Notes: generated from the sequence alone by a model not told the origin. A stretch of 64,000 nucleotides of DNA from Octopus sinensis (GCF_006345805.1 NC_043005.1:54064001-54128000); one strand, 5' to 3'; shown: positions 12,688-26,300, counted from the stretch's first letter. Made by a program: numbers and translations.

Positions 12688-14324
12688 ATTTATTATTATT
12701 ATTATTATCATTATTATTATTATTGTTATCATTATTATCATTATTATTATTATTATTAGACGGGCTAAGTAACGGAAGAAAAAACAGTTTAAAAAAACAA
12801 GAAAAAATATATTTCACTCACCACCACCTCTTACTCCCCTTCCCCTCTCTGTCTTCTCTCCTTTCCATTCTTCTCCTCCCTCCTTCCCCCTTTAATTAAT
12901 CACACAGAAGCATTACGGATGGGCTAAGTAACGGATCGACAGGCAGAATTATTGTAAGATCATCATCATTATCATCATTATCATCATCATTGTCATCATC
13001 ATTATTATACTTTATACAGACATTGTTACAGCAAGTTTCAAAATCTGGCTTTCATAATTACAATAAGCTCATTAAGTATCCATACTTCTGCTCTCCTGAT
13101 AGAAGCTACAACTTGAAACTTGCAGTAGTAATGCTCTGAGAAGTTACATTATAATATTACAATTATATATATCATCTCATTATTACACATATTGTGTGCT
13201 TCGTTTTTCTTTCTTTACTGCCATAATATTTTTATTACTACTCTGCTTCATCTGATTAAAAACTTAAGCTCAGGCTGTCAAAGACCAATACTCTGGTCTC
13301 TTACTGTGAATGAAACTAATAATGATGATGTTTTCATTTTGTCTTCAGTACTGATATTCTGATTCTTAAATTTGAACACACACATACATACTCATACATA
13401 TACATATACATTTAGGCATATGTATGTGTTCATATATGCATGCATGTGTAAATACATATGGATTGACATATCCATCTATGTAGGACACACAATTCGTCAG
13501 TAAACATATGCACATACTATACATATATAATATATATATACATATATACATATATAATATATATATACATATATACATATATATATATGTTTGTGTGTGT
13601 GTTTATATATATATATATGTGTGTGTGTGTATATACATATCATCGTATGTATGTATACTTAATGGGAGAGAGGTGGAGAGAGAGAGAGAAAGAGAGAGAA
13701 CAAAATGAAAGCATTATGTGTTCGTGCATGAGATTTTCTTTGAGAGATCATCCAGAAAATTTCAATATGCATGAAATCATATATTTTCCGACTATTTTCC
13801 CTTCATGTTCTAAAGACTTGAATATATTGTCACCACAGGAAGTTGTATCAAATTTATTTCATGTATTTATATTCTCAATTGAGATCATATAATATCATTA
13901 AATATTAAAGAATATATTTATTTGTTTTTTTTTAGTTATTATATCTATTAACTATTAACTGAGGTTGTTATACACCAGAAAATACAGTGGTTATAAGAAA
14001 TAATGCATGCTTTGATTTACTTAATGTAGTTTGAATTTATTATAAACTGCCATAAATCAGAAGGTGAGAATATCTTTCTTCTGTCTGTTTAGAGAAAGAA
14101 GGACATTATCTACAACACCTTTCTTAGGGACCTCCAAAACTCAAAGAGTGAATGAAGTGATTTATCTTGAAACTGTTTACCTGTTTCAAATGCTTTTGGC
14201 ATAGCGAGCATCTGTAAAGGCGTCCAAGGACCAGATGATGGTTTTAAACCAATCAAGGGATTATTGTTACTGCTCCAAATCTCAGAATGCAAAGACCCAA
14301 AGCAAATACTGCAAAATATCTTTC

Positions 14325-14690
14325 TACTAAAGGCACAAGGCCTGAAATTTGTGGGGAAAGGACTAGTCAATTACATCAATCTCAGTGTTTTGCTGGTACT
14401 TCATTTATCGACCCTGAAAGGATGAAAGGCAAAGTCAACTTTGGTAGAATTTTTACTCAGAACATAGCAACGGGCAGATTACCATTAAGCATTTTGCCCT
14501 GCATACTAACAATTCTACCGGTTCACTGCCAAAACATTAACCGACAACCCTCTGTTGGTACTTTATTTTATCAACAAGGGTGAAAATGAAGTTGACTTTG
14601 GCAGAATTTGAACTCAGTCAGCAGAGATCCAGAACAAATACTGCAAGGCACTCTGTCTACCGTCTAACAATTCTGCCAACTTGCTAATCA
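14325..14690 (-). mobile_element. Two tandem tRNA-derived SINEs
   Basis: Both match the GGCAGAAT(C/T)GTTAG...GAGTTCAAATTC...CTTTCATCCTTTC..GGTCGATAAA family. Confidence 0.8.
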
Positions 14691-14964
14691 TCAATGAGCG
14701 ATTATTGATTCCTGGTTAATGCTAATCACTTTGCGTAATCTATGAATGCTCAGGGGAAGATCAAGAACATTTTGAATTCCCATATTTTTTTATCCCTTTT
14801 ATAAATATAATACCACTGTGAATAGATGTAAAGAGGATATTCCCATAGTTGAAATTTTGGGAAGAAAGTTTTAGCATAGCTCCCAGAACACAATAATGAT
14901 AGCAGAATCAGATGTATGCGTGTATGTTTGTGTGCATACACGTGTGTGTGAGTGTATGTATGTG

Positions 14965-15680
14965 TAAGTTGTGAATAGATGTGAATGGGACAAGAGAACA
15001 GGATATGTAGGTGGGTAGATGTTGCAAGAATGTGAAGGGTAGTGACAGATGATTAAAGTTGGAGAATAGGTGAAAGGGTGAACTAGTGTTAAGGGCTGAT
15101 AAGTAGTGAAGATAGGAGAGAGTAGGTGATAACTGTAGAAATTGGGTAGGATTGAGAGGTAGATTTTGTGATTGGCGGATAAGGGGTGGAAATGACCAAT
15201 GATACATATGAGCTGGGAGAGGTAAAAGAATGGTGATTACAGACAGTGTGGAAAGAGGATTAGGGTGAAAAGCAACAGAATTGTAATAAGGATTCAGTAG
15301 ATGAGGGAGGAGGATGAGAGGGGATGGGAGAAAGAGAGAGATGACATGTGTTTAGGTAAGTCCAAAACATGTGGAGAAGAGACAGGTGTGGTGAATGGGG
15401 AGAAAGTTTTATAGTGGTAGAAGCAAGATAATTTGGTATCTCAGGATAATGATCAATGTAAAATGTTGATGGAGAAGACTGTGTCAAGAATGAATGATGG
15501 ATATCAAGTGAAATGCTGCCAGATAGTGAAAAACATAAATAGCATTGGGGAAATGCTGGTAAGAGATGTAGTTTTGTTAGCATTTAATAGCAGCTGCAGA
15601 ATACTGCAGTTAAAAAGATAACAGGTGGTGAGGATGCCTCATGGAGGAAACTGGGCATGGTGGGCATGGTTACAGAGATA
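14965..15680 (-). mobile_element. Possible highly degenerate retroelement (PLE-like) ORF relic
   Basis: Non-microsatellite, strongly purine-skewed stretch whose minus strand gives P/S/H/L-rich fragments reminiscent of PLE endonuclease regions; no diagnostic motif is retained. Confidence 0.3.
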
Positions 15681-16132
15681 TAGATGGGAACCAATACAAA
15701 AACATATATGTATGTGTATGTGTGAGCATGTGTGTGTTTGTGTTTACACGTGTTAGTATGTCTGTATATTAGAGGTAATCTTAATTAATGCTTGTTGAAA
15801 ATTTAAAAACTATATCATTTTCTGTAAGAGAATTGAAAAAAAATTCATATAATATAAAACAATTTGAAAACCACAAGAAACATATTTTGTTTTATGTATC
15901 TTTCGCATATTTTGTTTGTTTTCATTCATTGATATGGTTTTAGCTTTTTCATTCTGTCGTTCTTTTCCAGTGTTTTATTTTATACTAATTTCTAATTCCT
16001 ATAATTATTTTGCATTTCTACTTTATATTTCAGTAATTTTAAACCTCAACTTTCCAAAATAAATATATTAATTTATTTTTCTTCAAGCATAATAGACTAA
16101 TAATGAAAACAACAACAACAGCAACAACGATG

Positions 16133-16174
<42 letters not shown>

Positions 16175-16183
16175 TAATAATAA

Positions 16184-16214
<31 letters not shown>

Positions 16215-17165
16215 AAGAAGAAGAAGAGGCATAACAAAGTATAAAAGGCAAAATAAGAAGACTGGCAAGAAGAATGAAAACTATAAGTACAAAAGGCAAA
16301 TTTTTAGATCTCTCTCTTTTTCCCTCTTTCTCTCTCTCCTCCCCCCTCTTTCTCTCTCTCTCTCGCACGCGCGATTTTAATGAATGTATTTCTGAATTAA
16401 AATTAATCAGAATCAGAAGAAAGCTTAGTTTAAAAAAATAGCAAAAAAAAACCTAACTTTTACAGAAAATATTTTGTTATAAAATGGGAAAAAATATTAA
16501 AATAGCAAATCTAAATTTTCTCAGTTTTAAAAAAAGATAATAAAATTTTGCATTATTGCTAAATGAAAATATGGAAGTTCTTACTAAACTAAATTTTTCT
16601 CACCTATCCTCAATTTGCAAAGATAAAACTTTATATAAAAAGATGTATGTGTAAAAAAATGAAAAAAAAAAATTTAAGAGATTTTAATAGATATTAACCA
16701 TTTTGAATTGGGTTTTCAAGAACATTAGGAAAAAATCAAATAATAGTAATAATAACTTATTTTCAATGAAATTATCACAAAACTGAAAAAAAGTATTAAA
16801 TGAGCTAGATCATCATATTTAAGAAAATGAAAATAGAGTTTATAATAAAGATGATGATAATGACAGCAACAATGATGATGATGATGATGATAATGATGAC
16901 GACGAATGAAAATAGGAATTAATACATTTTCATAGATATTAACCAGTTTGGAATGTACTTTCAATAACATTGAAAAAATTAAGAACCGAATAGAATTATG
17001 AACAGAAAAAAAATTAATAGTTATACGAACTAGGCCATCATATTTATGAATCTACCACAAATGAAAATGGTGTCTTTGAAAAAGAAGAAGTAAAGGAGAC
17101 AATGATAATGGTGATTATAGAAGTGGTGGTGATGATAAGAGATGTTGATGGTGAGAAATGATGAA

Positions 17166-17196
<31 letters not shown>

Positions 17197-18335
17197 ATGA
17201 TTAAGAGGAGGAGGAGGAGAGATGTTGATGATGAGAAAAGATGAAGACAAAGAATGATGATAATGTTCATGATGATTACAATGATGATGGCAATGGTGTT
17301 AATGATGATAATGACATCACAGGCTAAAGACTTTATTTTCTGAAGGCAGAGTCTTATTTTTAAGAATTGTTTCCTTGATTGCATGTACAATTCTACAAGA
17401 ATGATTTTCAAATTCATTTATATGAATCTTCTCAGATAAACATATAATGCAATCTTGGGAATGTTTTTCTACTTTGATTTCTACCTAATCAAGGTCAACA
17501 AGCATCTGCACATGTATGTGAAAGATATTCTTTAGGAATACTAGCACATGCCTGTACATGCAAGTCTCCCTTCTCTAGTCCATTGATTTTTATCCAAGAA
17601 AAAGGTCACCAATTTGGGTCAAAATAGCTTAACACCAGTGTCATTATATACATTGCTGACAAAATGCAAACTGCTGGAACAGATACTGCAAAGTATCTCA
17701 CCTGACCCTCAAACATTTTTGACATTCCAATGCCTTGGACTGGTCCTTTTTTATTGACCACAAGATGATAAGAATTAAAGCTGATCTTGGTAGGATTTGA
17801 ACTCAAAGTGTAGGAAGTTCAGGAAAAATGCACCAGGAATTCTATTGAATGCACTGACATTTCTGCTAATTCATTACCTATTTCTGCTTTTCTGCTACAC
17901 AATTATAAATATGATGACAGACAAGGTGAGGCGTGAAAGCTCAAACTAATAATATAATGGTATAACAATGACAGCTGAGATTTCAATTTAAAATGACCTA
18001 AGAAGATTTGAATGAAAAGAGAGAAATTAAAATTTGTGAGAATGATGACTTTTGCAAAGCTGTTGAAAGTAAATAGTTATTATGCCGTTTGATACCACCA
18101 ACATGTCTGTGACTGCCTCTTGTTCTATGATAAAAATTTCCTGTTTAAAAGGGGTCTAAATTAAAGCCTGCTTGTGAAAATATTATGTTAATTTATGCTC
18201 TAAACCCCCATCTTAAAAATAACAAAGTAAGTTTACTGATTATTTTCATCCTTTTAAATGAAATTTGAAACCAAGACGATGTATTTCAACAGAAATAGGG
18301 AAACAAAAGATTTAAAGCATTTTCTTTAACTTCCT

Positions 18336-18522
18336 TCAGTCATTTGACTGCGACCATGCTGGAGCACTGCCTTTAGAGCAAATCGACCCCAGGACTTATT
18401 CTTTGTAAGCCTAGTACCTATTCTATCGGTCTCTCTTGCTGAACCACTAAGTGACGGGGACATAAACACACCAGCATCGGTTGTTAAGCGATGTTGGATG
18501 GGACAAACGCAGACTCACAAAC

Positions 18523-18608
<86 letters not shown>

Positions 18609-18855
18609 GCATCTTTCAGTTTCCACCTACCAAATCCACTCACAAGACTTTGGTCAGCCCGAGGCTATAGAAGGAGACACTTGCCCAAGGTGCCAAGCAG
18701 TGGGACTGAACCCAGAACCATCTTCCAAATCCACTCACAAGGTTTTGGTCGGCCCGAGGCTATAGTAGAAGACACTTGCTCAAGGTGCCACGCAGTGGGA
18801 CTGAACCCAGAATCATGTGGTTCGTAAGCAAGCTACTTACCACACAGCCACTCCT
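18336..18855 (-). mobile_element. Composite tRNA/CORE-like SINE with internal (TA)n microsatellite
   Basis: Minus strand: GGCTGTGTGGTAAG head, CACCTTG(A/G)GCAAGTGTCTT (CORE-like), (TA)n, conserved body, then GTCAAATGACTGAA tail. The head-proximal part is duplicated. Same family at 19392-19765, 29630-30255, 42405-42550, 44690-44820, 56040-56740 and 62700-63172. Confidence 0.85.
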
Positions 18856-18859
18856 GATC

Positions 18860-19595
18860 GTTTCTTTTCTAGATACTTGTATTTGAACAGGTAACTAAAA
18901 CCTATGGCATAAAAAGTAGACAGACACACTCACATTGGATTATATAATTTCTCCATTTCTTTCGGAAATACATTATTGTCTAATTGGACTGATACTTCAA
19001 TTAGCAAGCACTTCTCTTTATGGAATATCTTTAATGGCAATATCCGGTTGATTGACCTTGATTTTCCTCTGGATGTGTGAGTGTGTGTGTGAAATGGCGC
19101 AAGCCCTAAATATAGACATATTATTATTTTTAAAGGTTTGTGTGTGTGTGTGTGTGTGTATTTATGCCTGTAATAATTTGATAATACTGGTATTATTTCC
19201 AATATTTAAAAGCTCCAGATCCATCGTGCATATACATCTATACTCTCTAGGTTCAAACTGAGTAGTCAGAAGCAATGTGATTGCTTTTCTCATCATTAAA
19301 CTCTACGTAATTGGCTATCACATTTTGTAGTTTGCTTCATTACATGTTTTCAATAGCTTCCTGTGTAAAGGCTTCGTTTTTATATCATACCCTTTTACTC
19401 TTTTAGTTGTTTCAGTCATTTGACTGTGGCCATGCTGGAGCACCGCCTTTAGTCGACCAAATCGATCCCAGGATTTATTCTTTGTAAGCCTAGTACTTAT
19501 TCTATCGTTCTCTTTTGCAGAACCGCTAAGTTACGGGGACGTAAATACACCAGCATCGGTTGTCAAGCGATGTTGGAGACACACAAACATATACA

Positions 19596-19649
<54 letters not shown>

Positions 19650-22060
19650 CATATATACGACGGGCTTCTTTCAGGTTCCATCTACCAAATCCACTCACAT
19701 GGCTTTGGTTGGCCCGAGGCTATAGTAGAAGACACTTGCTCAAGGTGCCAAGGTTGGTAAGCAAAACACATCCTTTGATTTTCACTTTGTAGTTTTACAC
19801 ATTTTTGCCAGTGCTGAGATATTTTTATCCACTTTTCTTTTGGTAAGTTGTGTCAGGTATTGAACAGGCAAATTTTTAGCTTAGTATTTAGTGTCAAACA
19901 ATTTCTCTCCCTCTTTCTTCATTCTCTACACATTTACATGTCATTATGATCATACTTTTATGTTGCTTTTTTCGAAGAGAGAAAACAACAGTAGCTTTAA
20001 TTTTTCTTTTTTTTTTTTCATTTTATTGAGCTATTGTTGCTGTTTGTATGTTTCCCAATCCTTTTTTAAAGTTAATCTTCTAATCCTATTCTAAATTATC
20101 TCTAATACGTTTCTAGTAACAGAAAGCTTCTACACATGAAGTAGAGTTTAATAAACAAATCATGTATCTGATCTTACTAGTTGCATTCTGAAAAATACAT
20201 TATTGTTCTTGTTTCCGTATCTCTCCTTTTAAATTCGATAATTCAATTAGCATTCATTTAAGAATATAATAAGTTTATGACTGTATAAATACCTATTACC
20301 TTAATTTTGCATTTAACTATTAACCTAATGCATCTGTAATAGCTTTCTTACCTGTGTATTTTTCTTTATATAGGTTTCATTCCTTAGTATTTGCAAATTT
20401 GATTTGGATCTAATTCTCTTCCCTCTGTTTCTTCCTCTAACATGATATTAACAATGTTTATTTACTTTCTTAAACACGAGGATGATTTTATATAAATTCC
20501 TCCTATGAGGTTGTGCACTCTCTGGAGCAGAGTTTCTAGTTGTTTATTATCTTCAACATGCAACTTGCGGTCACCCACATGTAAACTATGATTAATGGAA
20601 CTCCACAAAGCATTTTAATCCAAGCCTGTTGTTGTTGTTCAGGCAAAATAGAAGGGATAGGATTCGTTTTTATTGTTCTTTCCTTTGTTTGTATCAACTG
20701 ACTGATTTCCCCATTTTTGTCTTATGTTTTACGTGTCCACTCATTATCATTTATGTAGAGAACACAGTCAAAATCCTTCAGGTAGTCAATCAGTTTTATG
20801 CACAAATTCTTCTTTTTTTACTCTATAGTCATCAATCGTTGGTTTTGTAAATTAATAATTAATCTTTAAAATCATTTGAGTCGTGGCAACCTCACCATTG
20901 TTATCCTGAAATTGAGCTCTTTTGTTTTACTTTTTGTAATTACTTTTCGTCTGCAACACCTCTGGCTATAAAAAGACAGAATATAGGTCCACAATCTCTA
21001 GTGTTTGCTGTTCTTTGGGATTAAGATCATTTTCTCCTTAACTACTCAGGTATTGTTTCGTCTCTTTCAATAGGTCATTAAGTATTTTTGCCAGTACATC
21101 ATGCATACCTGTTAAATATTTCAACAAGAAATCTGAATTTTATTAATTCCTGATGCCCTCCAGCTACTTCTTGTTATATATTATTATTTGTAGTACTTAG
21201 GCTTCTTTTTCAGTCCATGTGCTTCATTTGTTTTAATCATTCACATCTTATTGTGATTCTTTCATTGTCTGCACTCCTACTCAAATTATTATTGTTCTCT
21301 TGCTGTTGGCAATACACTGATTTCTATTTTTCAGTATCTACTTTTTGGTGGAATTGCGTAGGTGGATTCGAAAAGGATGGGTTCTTTGTGATTTAATAAG
21401 GATCTCTTGTTTTATAGGTTCTTTGATCCCTGCTACTTTTCTCTGATTATGTTCTTTTCTTAAGTACGTGTCTCTGCTTTCTATTCACTTGAATTTTTTT
21501 TGTTAGTTTGTTTTAATTTCTCATCGGTTTCATTAAGGATTTACAGTTATTTTTATATTATTTTCTATCTCCTCAATAATTTTCCAGTGTGGTTTCGTTC
21601 ATCACAGTGATATTGATGTTTGCATCTATTTTCATTACGTATGTGATGGCCAGTTTTTGTGCTTTTCATTGTTGTTATTCTATCATTAAGTTTTATTTTT
21701 GGAAGAGTATTTCACTAGGCTATAAGATCTCTTATCGATTTTAATTCTTTAACTATTTCCATTTTTATATTATTGTCATATTTATAATTTCCATATTTAG
21801 AATTTTCTACACTTGAATTTATCTCTTTTTTTTCATTTATTCATATTTTCATTATGTTATTCTTGGTTTGGCTTTTGTTGGTCAGTATTCTGTAGGTGGT
21901 TTGAATTGTTGTGTATTTTTATCTTATTTGTTGTGCATGTGGTAGGTCTATTTTCAAGCCTTATATTCTAAACGTTTCTAACTTTACTGTCTTTATTCTC
22001 ACTGCTTGCATTTTTGTTGCTTGTGTTTTGATTATCCTCATATACAGAGCGCTCTCCTCT
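18860..22060 (-). pseudogene. Long degenerate R4/Dong-like non-LTR retrotransposon (RT + RLE), interrupted by a SINE and microsatellites
   Basis: 20510-20596(-) reads INHSLHVGDRKLHVEDNKQLETLLQRVHNL (INHLLYMDDLKL-like). 18950-19050(-) reads QPDIAIKD/HKEKCLLIEVSVQLDNNVFPKEMEKL (RLE PD-(D/E)xK). The minus strand is A-rich throughout; the 5' boundary is approximate. Confidence 0.75.
19392..19765 (-). mobile_element. Composite SINE inserted in the R4/Dong fossil
   Basis: Same family as 18336-18855. Confidence 0.85.
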
Positions 22061-22889
22061 AAGGAACAGAAACCCGGACTATGAGAAAGGAACTTCCAGA
22101 TCACATTGATAGATTCTTATAATGACTTAGAACATCTCATAACATGAACATAATATCATTTTATAGACAAAATCCTTCCATCTCAACGATTATTGCTGAT
22201 GCAGAGTAGGCTTGGCTGGCTATTACTATTACTATGAACAATAGGCCGTGTCAGACTTAGATTTTTGTAACTTCCAAAATAGAGGAGAAAGTTTACTTAA
22301 CTATTTTGATGTTATTGGCAGAAAAAGTAAACCTCCCAAAGGTAAAGAGGGACAGGGATTCCTGACACAGCATTGTAAGATTCCTTTCGGTTGTGAATAC
22401 TTGAACAATATTTTCATAATGTATTCTTTCTTTTAGCTGATACATTTCTACACTGTAGGGTGATGGAGGAAGAAGACAACAGAAAAAGAAGCAAACAGGA
22501 GAAAGAAATACAAAGACCTTACCTGTTGACCTAAGGGATGAGCGATCACTGTCAAGAAATAAACATATCCTTGCACACTGCCAGCATGTGCTTCCTGCCC
22601 ACGCATGCCCCATGGCTGTGCCATAGGCCTATGCAGTCTTCACTTCCATCTACCTCATCTGAAATCCTCTCCACCAACACCACATAGCTCATCACAACCC
22701 ATAACACCACTAATACCACATAGACCTGTAGAATTAGAGGGAATTAAAAGAAATAATTTTTATGAGGATCTTGTCTTAACTGCATAAAACATAAAATTAG
22801 TGATAAAATAAAATGAGTGAGGTACGAGGTCAATATAATTGACTAACCACCTTTGATTGCAAATATCAAACATTTGCACCTTTGCTAGA

Positions 22890-23376
22890 AACAGGACGGT
22901 GAGCAGGCACAATTGTTACTGCTCTGGGCAAAATACTTAGCAGCTTTTCTTCCTTCTTTATGCTCTGAGTTCAAATTCTGCTGAGGTTGATTATACCTTT
23001 CATCCTTTTGGTGGTGGTGGGGGCGATAAAAATAAGTACCAGTTGATCACTGGGGTCAATACAATTAACTTACCCCACCCTGGACATTGCTGGCTTTGTG
23101 CCAAAATTATCATTATCATCATTATTAAGGCAGTGAGCTGGCAGAATTGTTAGTACACCAAGCAAAATGCTTAATGGCAGCATTTCATCTGTCTCTACAT
23201 TCCGAGTTCAAATTCTGCCAAGGTCGACTTTGCCTTTCATCCTTTCATCCTTTCAGGGTTGATAAATTAAGTACTAGTTACGCACTTGGGTCGATGTAAT
23301 CGACTTAATCCCTTCCCTCAAATTTCAGGCCTTGTGCCTATAGAAGACAGGATTATTATTATTATTATTATTATTA

Positions 23377-23415
<39 letters not shown>

Positions 23416-23580
23416 GGCAGTGAGTGAACAGAATTATTAGCATGTCAGACAAAATGTTTAGCAGCATTTCATTCAATTCCAGAGAACGACTTTTACTTTC
23501 AGCCTTTCAGTGTCAATGAAATAAGTACCAACTGAATACTAGGGGTCAATGTAATTGATTAGCTCTCGCCTCCCAAATTT
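22890..23580 (+). mobile_element. Three tandem tRNA-derived SINEs separated by (ATT)n/(ATC)n tails
   Basis: Three GG(C/T)GAGCTGGCAGAAT-like heads at about 22895, 23128 and 23415. Further copies at 17740-17885, 39000-39450, 41915-42100, 43525-43720, 51280-51870, 53030-53230, 55200-55390 and 58690-58915. Confidence 0.85.
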
Positions 23581-23701
23581 AGAGAATTTCACACACACAC
23601 ACAGATGCAAACACTACACGCACACATACATACACACACACACACACACACATATATAGGTGTATGTGCATGCATATAACACATATGTATGTATGTATAC
23701 A

Positions 23702-25262
23702 CACACCACATTTCAACTTATTAATGATGTAACATTTTTTATAGTATTTAAAACCTACTCATTTGAATTCAATGAAATTTTCACAGAATGTTGATAACAG
23801 CAATATACGTGTGATGTGTAAAAAACGTGAGGTCCTGTAAAACAACACAGAAACTACGGCCATCTACCCAATTTACATAAACTTTTAGTTTCAAATTATT
23901 AGCGAGGTGTAATTAAAACTCATGTAAACAAGAAATACAATTTAATTGTTTGATGTACACACTGAAATTAAAACACATACAGTCATAAACTTGGAAGAAA
24001 TAGAAATATAGAAAAGAACTGCATTCAAAAATGATAGGTCGGCTGGTTAATAAGGGATATATGAGCGTTTGTTTGAAGTAAGTTGAAAACAGCACTGGTT
24101 CATGGAACATGCTAGTTTATGGATCGTCTCTGATGTTATACCCCAAGATACATCCACTATTCCCGCCACAGTTCATTCTTGCTCCTAAACTAGAGCCTAT
24201 TCTAGTAAACTTGTCGCTTTAGAATACTTCAAAAGTTTTCTATTGCGTTTAAGTCAGGGAATGAGAAGGTCACTTCATATTCCGAGGTCTGCAAAAGCCT
24301 AATTGTTGCAGATACTTTGTAGTTTCTTTCGCTGAGTGTGAGGATGCATTATGTTGCATGAAAATTATGGTTGTCTTGAAGGTGATCCTTTGCTTTTTTA
24401 ACTAAGGTTCAAGATGGTCCTTCAGAAAGGCTATGTAAGCATCTGCAGCCATTTTAATACTGTCAGGCATTTTTGAAGGACCAACCATAATATTTCCAAT
24501 AATATCTGTGCAAATCGTGATGCCTCCTCTCACTTGTCAGGGTATCAAGTATTGATGACGATCTCATCCATTTACAGCACATCACTCGCCCCGACCATCA
24601 GGTCCATTAACAATAGCACGAGTTTCGTCCATAAACAAAACTTTTGAAAAGTCGACCTTCATGTTATCTTCTGTTCATTTTAGATGATTTTGTAGGTGTA
24701 TTTTGTTTAAAGGAGGTCTTTTAACTGATGTCACTGGTTTACAGACCTTTTTCAAGAGACGACATCAAGTAGTTCTGGATGCAGTTGTTTCGCCAATGCA
24801 CTTGAAAAGTTCTCCACTTGTAAAACCTGGGTTCTTTACAGCTTCACGCTTAATACGTGACAGACAACATTGAAAAAACAGCCCTCAACTAACCCTTGCT
24901 GGCTCTCTTATGTATCTTTGTAGTAACTGTAACAATTGTTTTCACAGTTTGGGGATATCTTCCAATTATTTTGGATATTTCTTTTGCAAGTTCAGAAGTA
25001 ATAACAGATTTCTCTGAAGCAGTTAAGTCACATTTACGATGCATAATTACTCGATTATCAGACCATTCATTAATAATTTGGAACACTGAAAGTTCGTGGA
25101 AATCATGCAGTTTGTTTACATTTGTGCAAAACCTGAGGGATTTTTTACACATCATGTACATATAACTTCCCATCATTCTGTGGAAATTTCATTGAATTTC
25201 AACGAGTAGCTTTAAAATAAAATTTTAAAGATTTTACGTCGTTAACCATTTGAAACACAGTG
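23702..25262 (-). mobile_element. Full-length dead Tc1-like (DD34E) transposon with ~200-bp TIRs
   Basis: Minus strand: HTH MHRKCDLTASEKSVITSELAKEISKIIGRYPQTVK; KVLFMDETR; IFMQHNASSH (second Asp mutated to His); DLNAIENF*SILKRQVY. 23702-23910 matches the reverse complement of 25060-25262 (e.g. CTACTC.TT.AATTCAATGAAATT..CACAGAATG). Confidence 0.9.
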
Positions 25263-25289
25263 TATATATAATGTATACAAAATTGTTGT

Positions 25290-26300
25290 GACATGTGTAA
25301 TATCCAGTACTTCAAACTAAGTCCTTCTTCGGGGTAAATTTAACAAGAGAGTAATAAATAAAGACAGCAGTGTTTCACGTCCTTTATATTTATTGACAGA
25401 AGATAGCAAGAGCATGTATATTCAGCGTAACAGCTAGTTAATATCTTAACTGCTTTCCTGTTTAGACATAAGTTTGTAGAATCAGAAGATTATTTAGTAG
25501 TTTACAGGGTTGTGGTTTCTTGTAGAAAAGAGTTTCAGTGTTTGTATTTTCTTTCTAACTTATTATCATTGATACTTTATGAGTGGATTGTAAGTTTTGA
25601 TGAGGTTTTCATAATGAATTCAAGTATTCTATAGTCTGGGTGCATTTGATTCATGTAATAAAATTTATGGTGTAATTTGTATTTGCTTGGCGTAGTGTCT
25701 GCTGTATTTATTGAGTCTATTGGTGAATTTATTATATCATACGTGTTCTTTGAAAATATTTGTATATCCATAAATGGTTATTGCTTATTGCTACATACTT
25801 GGTCGGTTTCTTGTGGTAGGTAGAATATAAAAACTTATCCGATGAATATATAGCGTACAGATCTCTTGTAAAAGTGTAAAATAAATAATTATCCATTTCT
25901 TTAACGAAGTTCTCTGTGAGTGAATTTATTTTCAAATTTATTGGCAACAGAGGATTATGATATTTGAAGATTTTTAAAGTTCTATAGATATAAGCTGAGG
26001 TAAAATTCTTTTAAGTGGTGAAATGGGATAGTTTCTGTTGATACGTTTGCTTCAGAAATTAATTTGTTAGGATTAACTTTACGTTGAAGTGTTACCTTCC
26101 TTAATTCTTCTGAAATTGTTCTAACAGTAAGTAGATTGTTAATTTTAGTAAATGTCTTTGTTCAAAATAACAAATAAATAGCTCCGTTCATATTAGCTTG
26201 AATTAAATATTTATTGTTGGACGAAGGTGTATCCAGGTTTATTCCTTTTAAGCCAGAAAAAGATTTTAAGAAATAATCGTCCATTATATTCTTTTCCTCA
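25290..26300 (-). pseudogene. Degenerate Penelope-like RT C-terminal region with a decayed hammerhead at its 3' end
   Basis: SLTENFVKEMDNYLFYTF...DKFLYSTYHKKPT resembles the PLE motif F(T)xExExxNxLPFLD...TVYRKPT. 25300-25335(-) reads CCGAAGA-AGGACTTAGTTT-GAAG. Confidence 0.55.
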
